This document shows, piece by piece, positions 31,557-41,988 of a DNA stretch of 64,000 nt; positions within the stretch are counted from its first letter, which is position 1; each line of letters begins with the position of its first letter. This DNA is from an uncultured Alphaproteobacteria bacterium (GTDB taxonomy: Bacteria > Pseudomonadota > Alphaproteobacteria > Methylaequorales > Methylaequoraceae). A program made the translations under genes and the position numbers. Below the pieces are notes generated by a model. It was given only the letters and a program-made list of their open reading frames with translations, was not told where the DNA came from and did not search any database. The stretch is taken from positions 3,979 to 67,978 of the forward strand of contig CACACI010000001.1 in assembly GCA_902530985.1 (NCBI GenBank). The letters are read 5' to 3'.

Positions 31557-32581
31557 TGCACAAGGACATTTTATATATAGGAATCGATATTGGTGGAGCT
31601 CATTTAAAAGTCATAGGTATCACTAAAAGTGGTCAAGTTAGATTTATTAGTTATATAAGTTGTAGAATCTGGGAAAATTTTGAAAATTTAAGAATCAATT
31701 TTAAAAAAATAAATAAAGTTTTTTCTAACAAGTCAATCAAATGTGCAATTACAATCTCAGCAGAGCTTTGTGATAATTTTAATAACAGAAATCATGGAGC
31801 AAAGGCATTAAAAAATGAATGTAAATATTTGAAATTTGAAAACTATTTTTATATTAAATCTGACAAAGTTTTTTCTAAAAGCCCTATACATTCTGATCTA
31901 ATATCAATGAATTGGCACAGTATAGGAAGGTTCTTAGAAGGAAAAATTGATAATTCTATTTTAATAGACTTTGGCTCAACAACTACTGATTTTATATGTA
32001 TAAAGAATAAGAAAATGGTGAATATTTTTTTTGATGATTACGCAAGACTTAATAATTTTGAACTTCTATATACTGGTTTTTCAAGAACTCCAATTTTTGG
32101 AATAGCTAATAAAATTAAAATCAATAATAAAACCCTTAACATTATTCCTGAGCTCTTCTCAGAAACATCTGATGTATACAGAGTTCTGGGTCAAATGAAT
32201 AAAAAATTTGATATCGATAGAACTGCTGATGGTACTAATAAAAACTTACATAACAGTTTAAAAAGGATATCTCGAAGTTTTGGTTTTGATTATGTCAAGG
32301 GTTCTAAGAGCAAAGTTCAAAATATTTGTGAAGAACTTTGTAGAATTCAACTTAGCCAAATTGTTTTAACAATAAGCAGACTACAAGATAAGTTTTCTTT
32401 GAAAAAATCAACTTTAGTTGTTTCAGGAATCGGTCAAGATATACTGGCTGATTTTTTAAAAAAAAAAAAGATGCATGTAAAATATTTTGAAGAATTCTTT
32501 ATAAAATCTCCATTAAACAAAGAAGCATCTTTTCATGCACCAGCTCTTTCAATAGCTTCACTTCTACACAAGTTAAAATAA
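31556..32581 (+). CDS. Hydantoinase/BadF-type ATPase-fold protein ('H4MPT-linked C1 transfer pathway protein')
   Basis: 341 aa with the N-terminal IGIDIGGAHLKV phosphate-1 motif of the ASKHA superfamily. ATGA overlap with the upstream gene. Confidence 0.5.
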   Translation: MHKDILYIGIDIGGAHLKVIGITKSGQVRFISYISCRIWENFENLRINFKKINKVFSNKSIKCAITISAELCDNFNNRNHGAKALKNECKYLKFENYFYIKSDKVFSKSPIHSDLISMNWHSIGRFLEGKIDNSILIDFGSTTTDFICIKNKKMVNIFFDDYARLNNFELLYTGFSRTPIFGIANKIKINNKTLNIIPELFSETSDVYRVLGQMNKKFDIDRTADGTNKNLHNSLKRISRSFGFDYVKGSKSKVQNICEELCRIQLSQIVLTISRLQDKFSLKKSTLVVSGIGQDILADFLKKKKMHVKYFEEFFIKSPLNKEASFHAPALSIASLLHKLK

Positions 32582-33288
32582 CTTGAAACTCTTTTAATTT
32601 TTTTTAACTGTATTGATGAGTTTCTTTTGTTTTTCAAACAAACTGCAGATCTAAACCCTAATATATTGGGCTTTAAATTAATAATACTAGAAATCTGGTT
32701 TTCTTTTAATCCACCGGCCAAACCAACTTTTATATTATACTTTTTACATTCAAATATAAGATTTTTCAAAAATGAAATTTCACAAAAATTAAGAAGATCC
32801 CCTTTATCCTTATTGTAAGTATCAAGTAAAAAAAATTTTACACCGCAGTTATTTAAAAAATTTAATTTATTAATGATTAAATTTTTTGTTTTTTTGTAAT
32901 CTACAAATCCCACACAAACGAGAGGTGTTTTATATTTTTTCATTGATATCAAATTTATTTTTTCAAACAAATCTTCCTCCTTATTTGACAGTAAACCAAA
33001 TTTTATGAAGTCCAATTTCAATTTATCGAACTCATCCAACCTTTTAAGAAATTCATTATTATCAAATATGTCTCCTAACGTAGCAGAAATTTTGACCTTA
33101 GATTTGTAGAGTGATACTGCTTTCTTTATTTGAATGAGCTCCCATGAACCTATAGATCCATTTAATGGATCTTTTAAGTCAAGAATATCAACTTCATTAA
33201 TAATATCATCAGAAATTTCACTCAGGCTTTTTAAACTAACCAAAAAGTTTGTGATACTATAATCATTCAAATTACTATTTTTCTTCAT
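32533..33288 (-). CDS. DUF556 / MfnB-like TIM-barrel protein (4-(hydroxymethyl)-2-furancarboxaldehyde-phosphate synthase family)
   Basis: 251 aa. Size and conserved Lys/Asp pattern of class-I-aldolase-like MfnB homologs found in methylotroph H4MPT/methanofuran clusters. Tentative. Confidence 0.45.
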   Translation of the reverse strand: MKKNSNLNDYSITNFLVSLKSLSEISDDIINEVDILDLKDPLNGSIGSWELIQIKKAVSLYKSKVKISATLGDIFDNNEFLKRLDEFDKLKLDFIKFGLLSNKEEDLFEKINLISMKKYKTPLVCVGFVDYKKTKNLIINKLNFLNNCGVKFFLLDTYNKDKGDLLNFCEISFLKNLIFECKKYNIKVGLAGGLKENQISSIINLKPNILGFRSAVCLKNKRNSSIQLKKIKRVSSYFNLCRSEAIERAGA

Positions 33289-33826
33289 CTAAAATATATC
33301 GTTTAATTAATTTCCAATTCTTTTTTTCATTTTTTCCACCTGTCTTTGCAACAGAATCAATAAGATTATTCAGGCCATCCATTATCTGTTTTTTTTTTAA
33401 AATTTTAATTCTTGATGCCAAAATACAAGCTTCAATTAATGCTCCATGAGCCCTGTTAAAACCCTCAAATCGTCTATGGTTGACTTTCTTAATTATCCTA
33501 CATTTAAAAGTTGGCCTTATTTTATCCTCCCTAATTGATTCAACAATAATTTCATCATGTGCTAGAGCATTTTTTAAAAAATACCCATTTATTTTTATAC
33601 ATTTTTTTTTTTGAAATTTCTTTCTACCTACTATGCAATTTACAAAAAATGAAGAGTCATCAATGTAATTAACAGTTGCTTGTTGTGTTGCCCTTAAATT
33701 TTCTAGTGTGGTCGAAGGTATGTATGGTGAAAGAAAAATAAAACCTTTATTCTTTGTAATGCCAAAAGGAGCAAAATTTACTTCTCCTTTTTTGTTGACA
33801 GTAGAGATTATAGTTTCAAATATCAT
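33275..33826 (-). CDS. DUF447-like split-barrel protein of H4MPT clusters
   Basis: 183 aa. Position and size match the conserved DUF447 orf. No motif-level confirmation. Confidence 0.35.
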   Translation of the reverse strand: MIFETIISTVNKKGEVNFAPFGITKNKGFIFLSPYIPSTTLENLRATQQATVNYIDDSSFFVNCIVGRKKFQKKKCIKINGYFLKNALAHDEIIVESIREDKIRPTFKCRIIKKVNHRRFEGFNRAHGALIEACILASRIKILKKKQIMDGLNNLIDSVAKTGGKNEKKNWKLIKRYILDEEK

Positions 33827-35205
33827 TTTTTTTTTTGAGTTGATTTAAGCTTTGGGTGTTTTTTAAGGCTTTTAATAATAGTTTTTGAAGCAACACCCCA
33901 TTTTAATTCGTTATCTTGGTCATAATTTTTCCCTAATTCCCAAGCAATTTGTGCCCTTGCCAGTTCTATACCCAAATAGAAAGCATGACTAGCATCATTA
34001 TTTACCTTTAACTTATCATAAAATTGAAATGGATCTGTTTCAATAATATGAACTTCAGAATTGAATACATTAATTCCATTTTCTCCTATATAAATTCTAA
34101 AGTTTTTATCTTTAATCAATTGCTTAATCTCATTAACTTCTTTTTTTGTTTTTCTTGAAGGCTTTCGTTCAGACGTTGCCATTAAACTATTATCTATTCT
34201 AAATGGTAATCTTTTATTTTTTTTGGAGTAATACATAATCTTTCGAGCCGCATCAGTTTCTTTGATAGAGTTTTTGCAATGACCACTCACTTGCACTACT
34301 AAAACTGCATCTATCGATAATTCAGAAACTAAACCCATCAAAGTTGCATTTACTCCTGCAGAGTCGCAATCTGTAAGTTCAGTTAAATTTCCTGTACCCA
34401 TAAATAATTTGATATCTGGAAAATCTTTTCTTAATTTTACATATCTTTCGACTGAATCAGCAAAACCATAATGAATTGGATCTAAAATGGGGTCTGCTAA
34501 AAAATCCCTTCTTTTATCTTGGGTTATTTTTATTATCCTTTTTAAAGAATTAAGGTCACCGGGGCTTGATGGAATTAATATTGGAACAGAATGGACATCA
34601 TCTAAAATATTAATATTGCCTTCATTTAAACTTAAAATATAATCAGCACCTGATCTAGAACCTCGAATTAGTTCATTTGAGTCAGCTGAATCAACTGAAA
34701 CTTTAAATCCTTTAGATTTAAGGGCAATTATTGTCTCTTCTAAATGTTCAAACTTTGTATCTGGCATACATCCTAAATCAATCACATTTGCGCCATGTGC
34801 TTTATATTCTCGCGCTATGTTTAATATTTTCCTTGTACTTAAGTCAGCTGCATCAACAATTTCTGCAAATATCTCACATTCATATTCTTCAAGCTTTACA
34901 TCTGGCTTTTTTAATCCAAAATAATCTGGCAAGTGATTAATATCATCAGGACCTCGTTCTACTGGAATGTTAAAATATCTACTTAATTTTTTTAAATTTC
35001 CTCTAAACTTTCCCGGAACTATAATCCTATCTGCATCTTGCTCTTTTTCTAATCTCCTCATAATAATATTTTCTGACATAAGTGCAGCAACATTAACACC
35101 AATTTGATTAATTCTATAACTAAACTCTGGCTTCATTGAAGATAAGATTCTCTTTAATTGACGTTCAGCTAATTTTCCAGTTAAGAACAAGATTTTTTCA
35201 GACAT
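33823..35205 (-). CDS. Dihydropteroate-synthase-like pterin-binding protein (H4MPT biosynthesis)
   Basis: 460 aa. Pterin-binding barrel motifs (ANVIDLGCMPD, DSADS) with a C-terminal extension, as in methylotroph/methanogen DHPS-like enzymes. Confidence 0.55.
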   Translation of the reverse strand: MSEKILFLTGKLAERQLKRILSSMKPEFSYRINQIGVNVAALMSENIIMRRLEKEQDADRIIVPGKFRGNLKKLSRYFNIPVERGPDDINHLPDYFGLKKPDVKLEEYECEIFAEIVDAADLSTRKILNIAREYKAHGANVIDLGCMPDTKFEHLEETIIALKSKGFKVSVDSADSNELIRGSRSGADYILSLNEGNINILDDVHSVPILIPSSPGDLNSLKRIIKITQDKRRDFLADPILDPIHYGFADSVERYVKLRKDFPDIKLFMGTGNLTELTDCDSAGVNATLMGLVSELSIDAVLVVQVSGHCKNSIKETDAARKIMYYSKKNKRLPFRIDNSLMATSERKPSRKTKKEVNEIKQLIKDKNFRIYIGENGINVFNSEVHIIETDPFQFYDKLKVNNDASHAFYLGIELARAQIAWELGKNYDQDNELKWGVASKTIIKSLKKHPKLKSTQKKK

Positions 35206-35738
35206 TTATCTCTTTCTATTATTGCTTTTTTAAGTTTCTTAAAACTAGTTACCACATTAGTTAATGAAAATTTTTTTAGTTTCTCTACATTTTCTAAATC
35301 AATTTCCCTAGGAAATACGTCTACTAGACCACTAGGTGCCATTGTTTTAAGTTCAGGAGCTGTATCGCATGGAAAGAAGATGCAATCCACTTTACATTTA
35401 CCAGATTGAGCGAAAATATTTGTAGCAAGACTATCAGAAATTCCATATACACATTTAGCAACTGTATTACTTGAAGTTGGCGCCATTACAACTGTATGAT
35501 AAGCTCCTTTATAAAACTTTCCAACAGACGCTGAACTTGCAGAGTTATCTTGGTATATTTTCACATCCTTTGAAATTTTTCCTTTCTTTTTATACATTAC
35601 AAGCACCTCTTCAGCTGCTTTTGAAACAAATAAATCAACTTCTTTCAATTTATTCACGAGGTCAATTGTTTCTGTAAAAAAATGTCCTGACCCCGTTAAA
35701 ACCCAAGCCCACCTCTTTTTAAGGATACTCTTTGTCAA
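35181..35738 (-). CDS. HFCD-type flavoprotein (AfpA/dihydromethanopterin reductase-like)
   Basis: 185 aa. N-terminal WAWVLTGSGHFF...ETIDLV flavin-binding signature of the CoaC/AfpA family. Confidence 0.5.
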   Translation of the reverse strand: MTKSILKKRWAWVLTGSGHFFTETIDLVNKLKEVDLFVSKAAEEVLVMYKKKGKISKDVKIYQDNSASSASVGKFYKGAYHTVVMAPTSSNTVAKCVYGISDSLATNIFAQSGKCKVDCIFFPCDTAPELKTMAPSGLVDVFPREIDLENVEKLKKFSLTNVVTSFKKLKKAIIERDKCLKKSCS

Positions 35739-36346
35739 AGTTCAACCTCTTTCAATTGTAAAAAAAAATTGCTCCAATTTTGTGATTTTTTTAATAAATC
35801 AACAACATCCGGTCCTATAATTTTAATGTTTTTTTGTCCAAAAAGATATTTATCTACATTTTTATCTAATATATTTTTCTTTTGTAAATAATTTAACTTG
35901 TATTTTTCTTTTTCTAGAATCAAAGACTTTATAAATAGTAAACCCTTAGCTTTTAATTTTGCGTGAAGCCAAGCTGCAACAGAATCTGATGTGGACTCCC
36001 ATGTTTTAATGAATGTTGGTTCTTCTTTTAAAACTAGTGAAGGCATCCAAACCTTTATTTGATTTTTTTTTTCTTTTAAAGAGCTAATTTTATAAATTAA
36101 TGAGATATCTTTATTAATTTGATTTAATAGATGAGCAAACATCTCTGTAGCTTTCAGTGCTATAAAATTACCTGTTTTGTCTGACATTCTACTATCGGAA
36201 TAAACCAATCTTACTGAGTCAGAAAAACATCCACCGCCGACAACAACAACAATATTTTCAAATCTAGTTTGTCGACTTAAAAGGTTAATTAATTCATTAA
36301 GTTTTGGATTTTTTATCCAACTGCCGCCTATTTTTAAAATCCACAT
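35735..36346 (-). CDS. Amino-acid-kinase-family protein (H4MPT biosynthesis-associated)
   Basis: 203 aa. N-terminal ILKIGGS...VVVVGGG motifs of the AAK fold. Confidence 0.45.
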   Translation of the reverse strand: MWILKIGGSWIKNPKLNELINLLSRQTRFENIVVVVGGGCFSDSVRLVYSDSRMSDKTGNFIALKATEMFAHLLNQINKDISLIYKISSLKEKKNQIKVWMPSLVLKEEPTFIKTWESTSDSVAAWLHAKLKAKGLLFIKSLILEKEKYKLNYLQKKNILDKNVDKYLFGQKNIKIIGPDVVDLLKKSQNWSNFFLQLKEVEL

Positions 36347-36358
36347 AATTACATGGAA

Positions 36359-36853
36359 TTATTTTTTTTTTATTTTAGTAATATTCATTGTTTTTTTTTT
36401 TCTGCCAATATAATCGATCTTATCTCTAATTATTTCAACTCCCACACTTTTTGCATCATCAAAGACATCAAGCTTTTCTAATCTCATCCAAATAGATAAA
36501 ATTCTTGCATCTTGAAAGCACATTTCAAAAATTTTTTCAGACAAAGTCTCAAGAAGTTCAATGTGTCCTTTAGATAAAAGTTTTTTGAGTTTATTTATAA
36601 TGTGTTCGTAAGATACTACATTTGTTATTGACTCATTGACAGTTTTGAGGTTATCAACAACCTTTAAAGACAAAGATATACAAATTCTCTGTTTCTTAAT
36701 CTTCTCGTGTTTATGAATGCCTATCGATGTCATTAAGATTAATTCATTTATTTGAACATGATAAAAACCTTTATTACTTTCTAAACTAGTAAAACTGGAT
36801 GGGACCCATGATCCAGTTGAAATTACAGAGATATTTTTATATTTGTTTGACAT
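36359..36853 (-). CDS. Dihydroneopterin aldolase-like (FolB/MptD family)
   Basis: 164 aa. VQINELILMTSIGIHKHEKIKKQRICISLSL fits the DHNA fold pattern. First gene of the minus-strand H4MPT biosynthesis operon. Confidence 0.55.
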   Translation of the reverse strand: MSNKYKNISVISTGSWVPSSFTSLESNKGFYHVQINELILMTSIGIHKHEKIKKQRICISLSLKVVDNLKTVNESITNVVSYEHIINKLKKLLSKGHIELLETLSEKIFEMCFQDARILSIWMRLEKLDVFDDAKSVGVEIIRDKIDYIGRKKKTMNITKIKKK

Positions 36854-36906
36854 AATTTAAAATCTTAGTTGAAAAAAACATAATAATAAACCATAAATAT
36901 ATCGCA

Positions 36907-37740
36907 ATGAATATTATTAACAAATCAATTTCTTTAGTAAGTCTTATCTGTGTTAGCCTGATATTAATATTTTTAAATATTTCACACCCATGGGCTAATT
37001 CAAATGAAAATGAATTAGAAGACTTTTCCAATGCAGAAAATGCAGAGGAAAAAAGAATAAAATGGGGTACTGAAGAATTTAAGCTTGAACTAATAAAGGA
37101 GATGTCCAGCGCTAATATTGCTTTATTTATAGAAGAACATTTAAAATCAATCAAAGAACCATCACGAATTTATTATAAATTTCAGAAAGAATCTACACGC
37201 GAAGATAATTTTATAGGAAATGTAGTTTTAAATATAGTTAAAGTTGATGAAGATAACACGAAGCATATAACTTTTAGGTACCTTAAAGGTAGAAATAAAG
37301 TAAGATTCCCTCCGCAAATTGGGGCCAAAGGAAACCCAGTTTTTATGCTTTTCTTTGAAAGAGATTCAAGAGATATGCAAAGGCTTACAGGAGGCAATGC
37401 TCTTTTTTTTAGAAGTAGAATCAGACATACAATAGCAGCTACAGAAATAAATGACATTAACATTCAATTTGGTAATGAAAAGATTTCTGCTAAGGAAATA
37501 TCATTTCAACCATTCACAGAAACTGAACTAAAAAATAGAGTTTCCAGATACAAGACAAAAAAATTTGTTATAATAATGTCTGATGAAATACCAGGATACA
37601 TATATAAAATTCAAACTTTTATAAAAGATTTAGAAGATCCAGATGATATGGTAAAAGAAACATTACAGTTTCAAGGAATTAGGACTAACAAAGAATTAAG
37701 AGAAGAATATAAAAAAAGAAAGGAAAAAGATAAATCATGA
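36907..37740 (+). CDS. Hypothetical secreted/membrane-anchored protein
   Basis: 277 aa. N-terminal hydrophobic segment, charged C-terminal tail, no recognisable motifs. Its stop overlaps the start of the next ORF (ATGA). Confidence 0.4.
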   Translation: MNIINKSISLVSLICVSLILIFLNISHPWANSNENELEDFSNAENAEEKRIKWGTEEFKLELIKEMSSANIALFIEEHLKSIKEPSRIYYKFQKESTREDNFIGNVVLNIVKVDEDNTKHITFRYLKGRNKVRFPPQIGAKGNPVFMLFFERDSRDMQRLTGGNALFFRSRIRHTIAATEINDINIQFGNEKISAKEISFQPFTETELKNRVSRYKTKKFVIIMSDEIPGYIYKIQTFIKDLEDPDDMVKETLQFQGIRTNKELREEYKKRKEKDKS

Positions 37741-38084
37741 AAAACACTATATTAAGAAATTTTTGTTTGCTTTCATTGGTTGTTATTTTATTTGATAGCA
37801 AACTTAGGTCTAATGATTTTCCAACATTAGCAAGATCTGAGTTTGTTTTTGCATGTATGAGTTCAAATGCTTCAAACCGTGATTTCATGGCAAAATGCTC
37901 ATGTGCTATTGATGAAATTGCAAAAAGGATAAATTACGAAGAGTATTCTCAAGCAGAAGCTATTGCTAGACTCCAATTAGGTGCTAGTCCAAGAGAAGAG
38001 GCATTTAAAAGTGTAGGCTTATCAAAAGAAAGAATGGATAAGTTGTATAAAGCTCAGGCAGCTTCCGAACTAGAATGTTTCTAA
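37737..38084 (+). CDS. Hypothetical small secreted Cys-containing protein
   Basis: 115 aa with a signal peptide and Cys at FACM, KCSCA and LECF. Translationally coupled to the upstream ORF. Confidence 0.35.
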   Translation: MKNTILRNFCLLSLVVILFDSKLRSNDFPTLARSEFVFACMSSNASNRDFMAKCSCAIDEIAKRINYEEYSQAEAIARLQLGASPREEAFKSVGLSKERMDKLYKAQAASELECF

Positions 38085-38923
38085 TTTTCCGAAAATAATT
38101 GAGAAGAGGAAAATTTACTTGAAAATGATTGACCTTCGCTGTCCTTAACACTAACAGTCAATGGTCCTCCGCTATTCAAATAATTAAAAGTAATTGAGGG
38201 GTTTTCAGATAAAGAAATGTCAGGTGAAGCTTCGAGAATTAATTCACCGTCTTGTTCTATTCTTATATGATTGACGAAATGAGCAGGAATTTCTGATCTC
38301 GTAAGCGAATTAAATTGTAAACCTGAATAGTTTGGGTGACTCATCAAGAATTGGGCTTTATTAATGTTATTAGAGGAATCTGATGTCTCAATAAATTTCA
38401 TTTTCATCTTACCTAATCTAGCCATAACTGCATCCATGTCAGACAAACTAGGGGCAGAGCAACCACCAGCAGCCTTAACAAAGTTAGAAATCATATATTT
38501 TTTACCATCATTCGTTTCAGCAATTGCTCTCACGTAGGTGTATTTGTCGATTCTGATTCTTGTTGTCAATGTTGCATTTCCAATTTTAGGTGAGAAATCA
38601 AACTTTCCTACAACAGGGGATGGGTTCTCATCAACAACTAATGTTAATGATTTTATGAAATCATTTGGATTTTGATCTTTCTTGAATTTAACTGTAATAG
38701 GAACCATTGCTGCATCTAAAGCCCTGTAAGGTGTTTCGAGCTGCATTAATTCGGTTCCATCATTTAAAATAATATTACTATCATATAAAAGAGGTTTAAC
38801 ATTTTCTTTCCATGTAATGTCTTTTGGTTTTGGATTATCTTTTGCTAATGATTCTGCATAAACAAGAAAAACTGCTGAGTAGATTATTGTGGTTAATATT
38901 TTTCTAAACATTCCAATATTCAT
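38081..38923 (-). CDS. Quinoprotein-dehydrogenase-associated SoxYZ-like carrier protein
   Basis: 280 aa with a signal peptide and a GGCS motif (AAGGCSAPS) reminiscent of the SoxY Cys carrier. Size fits a SoxY-SoxZ fusion. Adjacent to xoxF. Confidence 0.55.
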   Translation of the reverse strand: MNIGMFRKILTTIIYSAVFLVYAESLAKDNPKPKDITWKENVKPLLYDSNIILNDGTELMQLETPYRALDAAMVPITVKFKKDQNPNDFIKSLTLVVDENPSPVVGKFDFSPKIGNATLTTRIRIDKYTYVRAIAETNDGKKYMISNFVKAAGGCSAPSLSDMDAVMARLGKMKMKFIETSDSSNNINKAQFLMSHPNYSGLQFNSLTRSEIPAHFVNHIRIEQDGELILEASPDISLSENPSITFNYLNSGGPLTVSVKDSEGQSFSSKFSSSQLFSEN

Positions 38924-39238
38924 AAAATTTATTTATAATATAGGGATAACAAATATTGTATTTAAGGGCAAACTTTTTATTATTAAGAGATATTGGATTA
39001 TTAATTTTTTTGATAAAATAATATGATTCCTAAGTTATTGAAATTATTGATTTTTTTAACTTTCTGAACAAAAGTTATTTTTTACATTCATCTACTGTTC
39101 ATATGTCATATTTTTTATATAGTTATCCACAACTTTTTTAAGAGCTTTTATATTTCTTAAACCATTGATTTAACTGTTAAAATAATAATAATGAACAATA
39201 AAATTATAAATTGTTCATGTTACATTCATATTTTTGGC

Positions 39239-39266
39239 TTGAATTTACATTATTGATACATAATAT
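39239..39266 (+). promoter_or_regulatory. Candidate sigma70-type promoter of xoxF (TTGAAT-16-TAATAT)
   Basis: Closest -35/-10 pair to consensus in the 390-bp intergenic region, about 110 nt upstream of the xoxF start. Sequence-only prediction. Confidence 0.2.
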
Positions 39267-39378
39267 AATGGTTGGGAGGAAATCAAATATCCTAAATTAT
39301 TCGTATTAAGGTTTTTTGATTCCAATCAATAACCGGGCATCCGCCCAAATATTAATAGTAAAAAAGGAGAAATACTTT

Positions 39379-41211
39379 ATGAGTATTTTGAAAAAATCTA
39401 TCATTGCTTCAGCTGCGTTAGCTCTTCCATTTGCGGTAAGTGCTAATTCTAAGCTGGAAAAAATGATGAAAGATCCAAGTCAATGGGTACAACAGTCTGG
39501 TGACTACGCTGGACACCGTTACACTAACTTAGATCAAATCAATAAAAGTAATGTTGGTAGCTTAAAAGTCGCTTGGACTTTTTCTACTGGTGTACTTAGA
39601 GGTCATGAAGGTGGTCCACTAGTTATTGGTGATATGATGTATGTTCATACAGCTATCCCTAACATAGTGTACGCTTTAGATCTTAATGATGATCAAAGAA
39701 TCGTTTGGAAATACAACCCTGTAAAAGGTGGTAAGTTTCCAGGTGGAGAAACTATGGATAGAGTTATCTCAGTTATGTGCTGTGATAACGTAAACCGTGG
39801 TGTTAACTACCATCCAAACGGTACTATTGTTTTACACGCTGCTGATACTTCAGTAATTGCGTTAGATGCTAAAACTGGTAAAGAGAAGTGGATTACTACA
39901 AACCTACACGCTGGTACTGGTAAATATGGTGTCTCTGCATCTACTGGTTCAGGTCAACCTTTCATTATCAAAGATACTGTAGGTGTTGGTTGTTCTGGTG
40001 CTGAATTTGGTGTTAGATGTAACTGGACAAGTTATGACATCAACAGTGGTAAGAGACTTTGGAGAGCATACAGCATGGGTCCAGATAAGGATATGCTTGT
40101 TGATCCAAACAAAACTACATCTATGTTAAAACCAATTGGTAAGGATTCATCTTTGAAAACTTGGCCTGGTGATGCATGGAAAATTGGTGGTGGTTCAATT
40201 TGGGGTTTCTACGGTTATGACTCTAAATTAAACACTTTGTACTACGGTACAGGTAACCCATCAACATGGAACCCAGTTGTTCGTCCTGGTGACAACAAAT
40301 GGTCTATGACTATTAACGCTCGTAACCCTGACAACGGTATGGCCAAATGGTTGTATCAAATGACTCCTTACGATGAGTGGGATTACGACGGAGTTAACGA
40401 GATGATTCTTGTTGACATGAAAGTAAAAGGTAAAAATCGTCAAGCACTTGTACACTTTGACAGAAACGGTTTTGCTTACACAATGGATAGAGCTTCTGGT
40501 GAGCTATTAGTAGCTGAGAAGTACGATCCTGCTGTGAACTGGGCAACTCACGTTGATATGAAAACAGGTCGTCCACAAGTTCAAGACAGATATTCAACTG
40601 CACACCAAGGTGAAGATGTTAACACTACTAACATCTGCCCAGCGGCTCTAGGTTCTAAGGACCAACAGCCTGCTGCTTACGATAGACTTTCTGGATTATT
40701 CATGGTTCCTACAAACCACGTTTGTATGGATTATGAGCCATTCAAAGTTGATTACGTAGCTGGTAACGCTTATGTTGGTGCTACATTATCTATGTACCCA
40801 GCTCCAGGCGGAACACATCTTGGTAACATGATCGGATGGGATGCTGACAAGGGTAAGATCGTATGGTCTAACGAAGAGCCTTTCTCTGTATGGTCTGGTG
40901 CAATGGCTACAGCTGGTGGTATTACTTTCTACGGTACACTAGAAGGTTATGCAAAAGCTGTTGAAAGTAAAACTGGTAAAGAACTATTTAAGTTCAAAAC
41001 ACCTTCTGGTATTATCGGTAACTTCATGTCTTACTCTCATAAAGGTAAGCAATATGTTGGTATCCTATCAGGTGTTGGTGGATGGGCTGGAATTGGTCTA
41101 GCTGCTGGTCTTACTGATCCAACTGCAGGTTTAGGTGCTGTGGGTGCATATTCTGCATTACACAACCACACTGCATTAGGTGGCGTATTAACTGTCTTCG
41201 CTCTACCGTAG
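39379..41211 (+). CDS. xoxF: PQQ-dependent methanol dehydrogenase, lanthanide-type XoxF
   Basis: Eight-bladed PQQ propeller conserved throughout. Vicinal Cys pair (VMCCDN). WDYDG carries the extra Asp diagnostic of lanthanide-binding XoxF. Signal peptide. Strong RBS AAGGAG before the ATG at 39379 (the track began at an upstream in-frame start). Elevated GC and codon bias. Confidence 0.93.
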   Translation: MSILKKSIIASAALALPFAVSANSKLEKMMKDPSQWVQQSGDYAGHRYTNLDQINKSNVGSLKVAWTFSTGVLRGHEGGPLVIGDMMYVHTAIPNIVYALDLNDDQRIVWKYNPVKGGKFPGGETMDRVISVMCCDNVNRGVNYHPNGTIVLHAADTSVIALDAKTGKEKWITTNLHAGTGKYGVSASTGSGQPFIIKDTVGVGCSGAEFGVRCNWTSYDINSGKRLWRAYSMGPDKDMLVDPNKTTSMLKPIGKDSSLKTWPGDAWKIGGGSIWGFYGYDSKLNTLYYGTGNPSTWNPVVRPGDNKWSMTINARNPDNGMAKWLYQMTPYDEWDYDGVNEMILVDMKVKGKNRQALVHFDRNGFAYTMDRASGELLVAEKYDPAVNWATHVDMKTGRPQVQDRYSTAHQGEDVNTTNICPAALGSKDQQPAAYDRLSGLFMVPTNHVCMDYEPFKVDYVAGNAYVGATLSMYPAPGGTHLGNMIGWDADKGKIVWSNEEPFSVWSGAMATAGGITFYGTLEGYAKAVESKTGKELFKFKTPSGIIGNFMSYSHKGKQYVGILSGVGGWAGIGLAAGLTDPTAGLGAVGAYSALHNHTALGGVLTVFALP

Positions 41212-41237
41212 TAGCTTAAACAGTAAATCTTTAAAAG

Positions 41238-41267
41238 AGCCCGGCTAGTTAGTCGGGCTTTTTTTTT
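41238..41267 (+). terminator. Rho-independent terminator after xoxF
   Basis: AGCCCG-N10-CGGGCT hairpin followed by T9. Confidence 0.7.
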
Positions 41268-41357
41268 GAAAAATTTAGTTAAAATTCTTGAGATTTTGTT
41301 ATAATTTACAATATTAATAATATATATTTATTTAATGATTAATTAGGACTTTGAAAT

Positions 41358-41972
41358 ATGAACTTAAATTTTAATAAATACTTGCTTGCTATTTTTTTGA
41401 CAGCAAGCTTCAGTGCAAAAGCAATTCCAACACCGGAGGCAGTGGAACCTCAATTTGATGCAGATGATAATCCCACCTATATAATAAAATACGGCAAAGG
41501 TGATCGATTAAAGGAAGATGGTACGCCTTTGAATCTTATACAAATCGAATGCCAAGGAAAAGCTGTTGATTTCGTTACAGATGAAGAACTTGATCAATGT
41601 AGAGGTGACGATAGTCTTGTCGAAATGAAATATGGATGGATGGATTTCTCAACTTATAAAGGATGGAGAGCCTATCATGCTGAATGTCATGTATGTCATG
41701 GCCCTGATGCTATGGGAAGTACATATGCGCCATCTTTAATGGTTTCTATCCAAGAAGGTTTATCTTATGATGATTTCTTTACTGTTATTATGAATGGGCG
41801 AGGTGAAGCTGAAGGTGCTCAAAAGGGTAATGTTATGCCAGCTTTTGGAGCTAATACAAACGTTGCTCCTCATGTAGAGGACATGTATAGATATGTTAAA
41901 GCTAGAGCTGATGGTAAAATTAGAAGAGGCGTTAGATTACCTAAACTTCCTAAATTTAAAGAAGTAGAATAA
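41358..41972 (+). CDS. xoxG: Cytochrome c (cL-like) partner of XoxF
   Basis: 204 aa with a signal peptide and a single CHVCHG heme-binding site. Position between xoxF and xoxJ. Confidence 0.8.
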   Translation: MNLNFNKYLLAIFLTASFSAKAIPTPEAVEPQFDADDNPTYIIKYGKGDRLKEDGTPLNLIQIECQGKAVDFVTDEELDQCRGDDSLVEMKYGWMDFSTYKGWRAYHAECHVCHGPDAMGSTYAPSLMVSIQEGLSYDDFFTVIMNGRGEAEGAQKGNVMPAFGANTNVAPHVEDMYRYVKARADGKIRRGVRLPKLPKFKEVE

Positions 41973-41988
41973 TAAAACTTCTTAATCA

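Noticed and set aside
39252-39270. Alternative -35/-10 pairing TTGATA...TATAAT upstream of xoxF
   Set aside because: The spacer is only about 5 nt. The TTGAAT-16-TAATAT combination fits better, although both are only sequence-level guesses.
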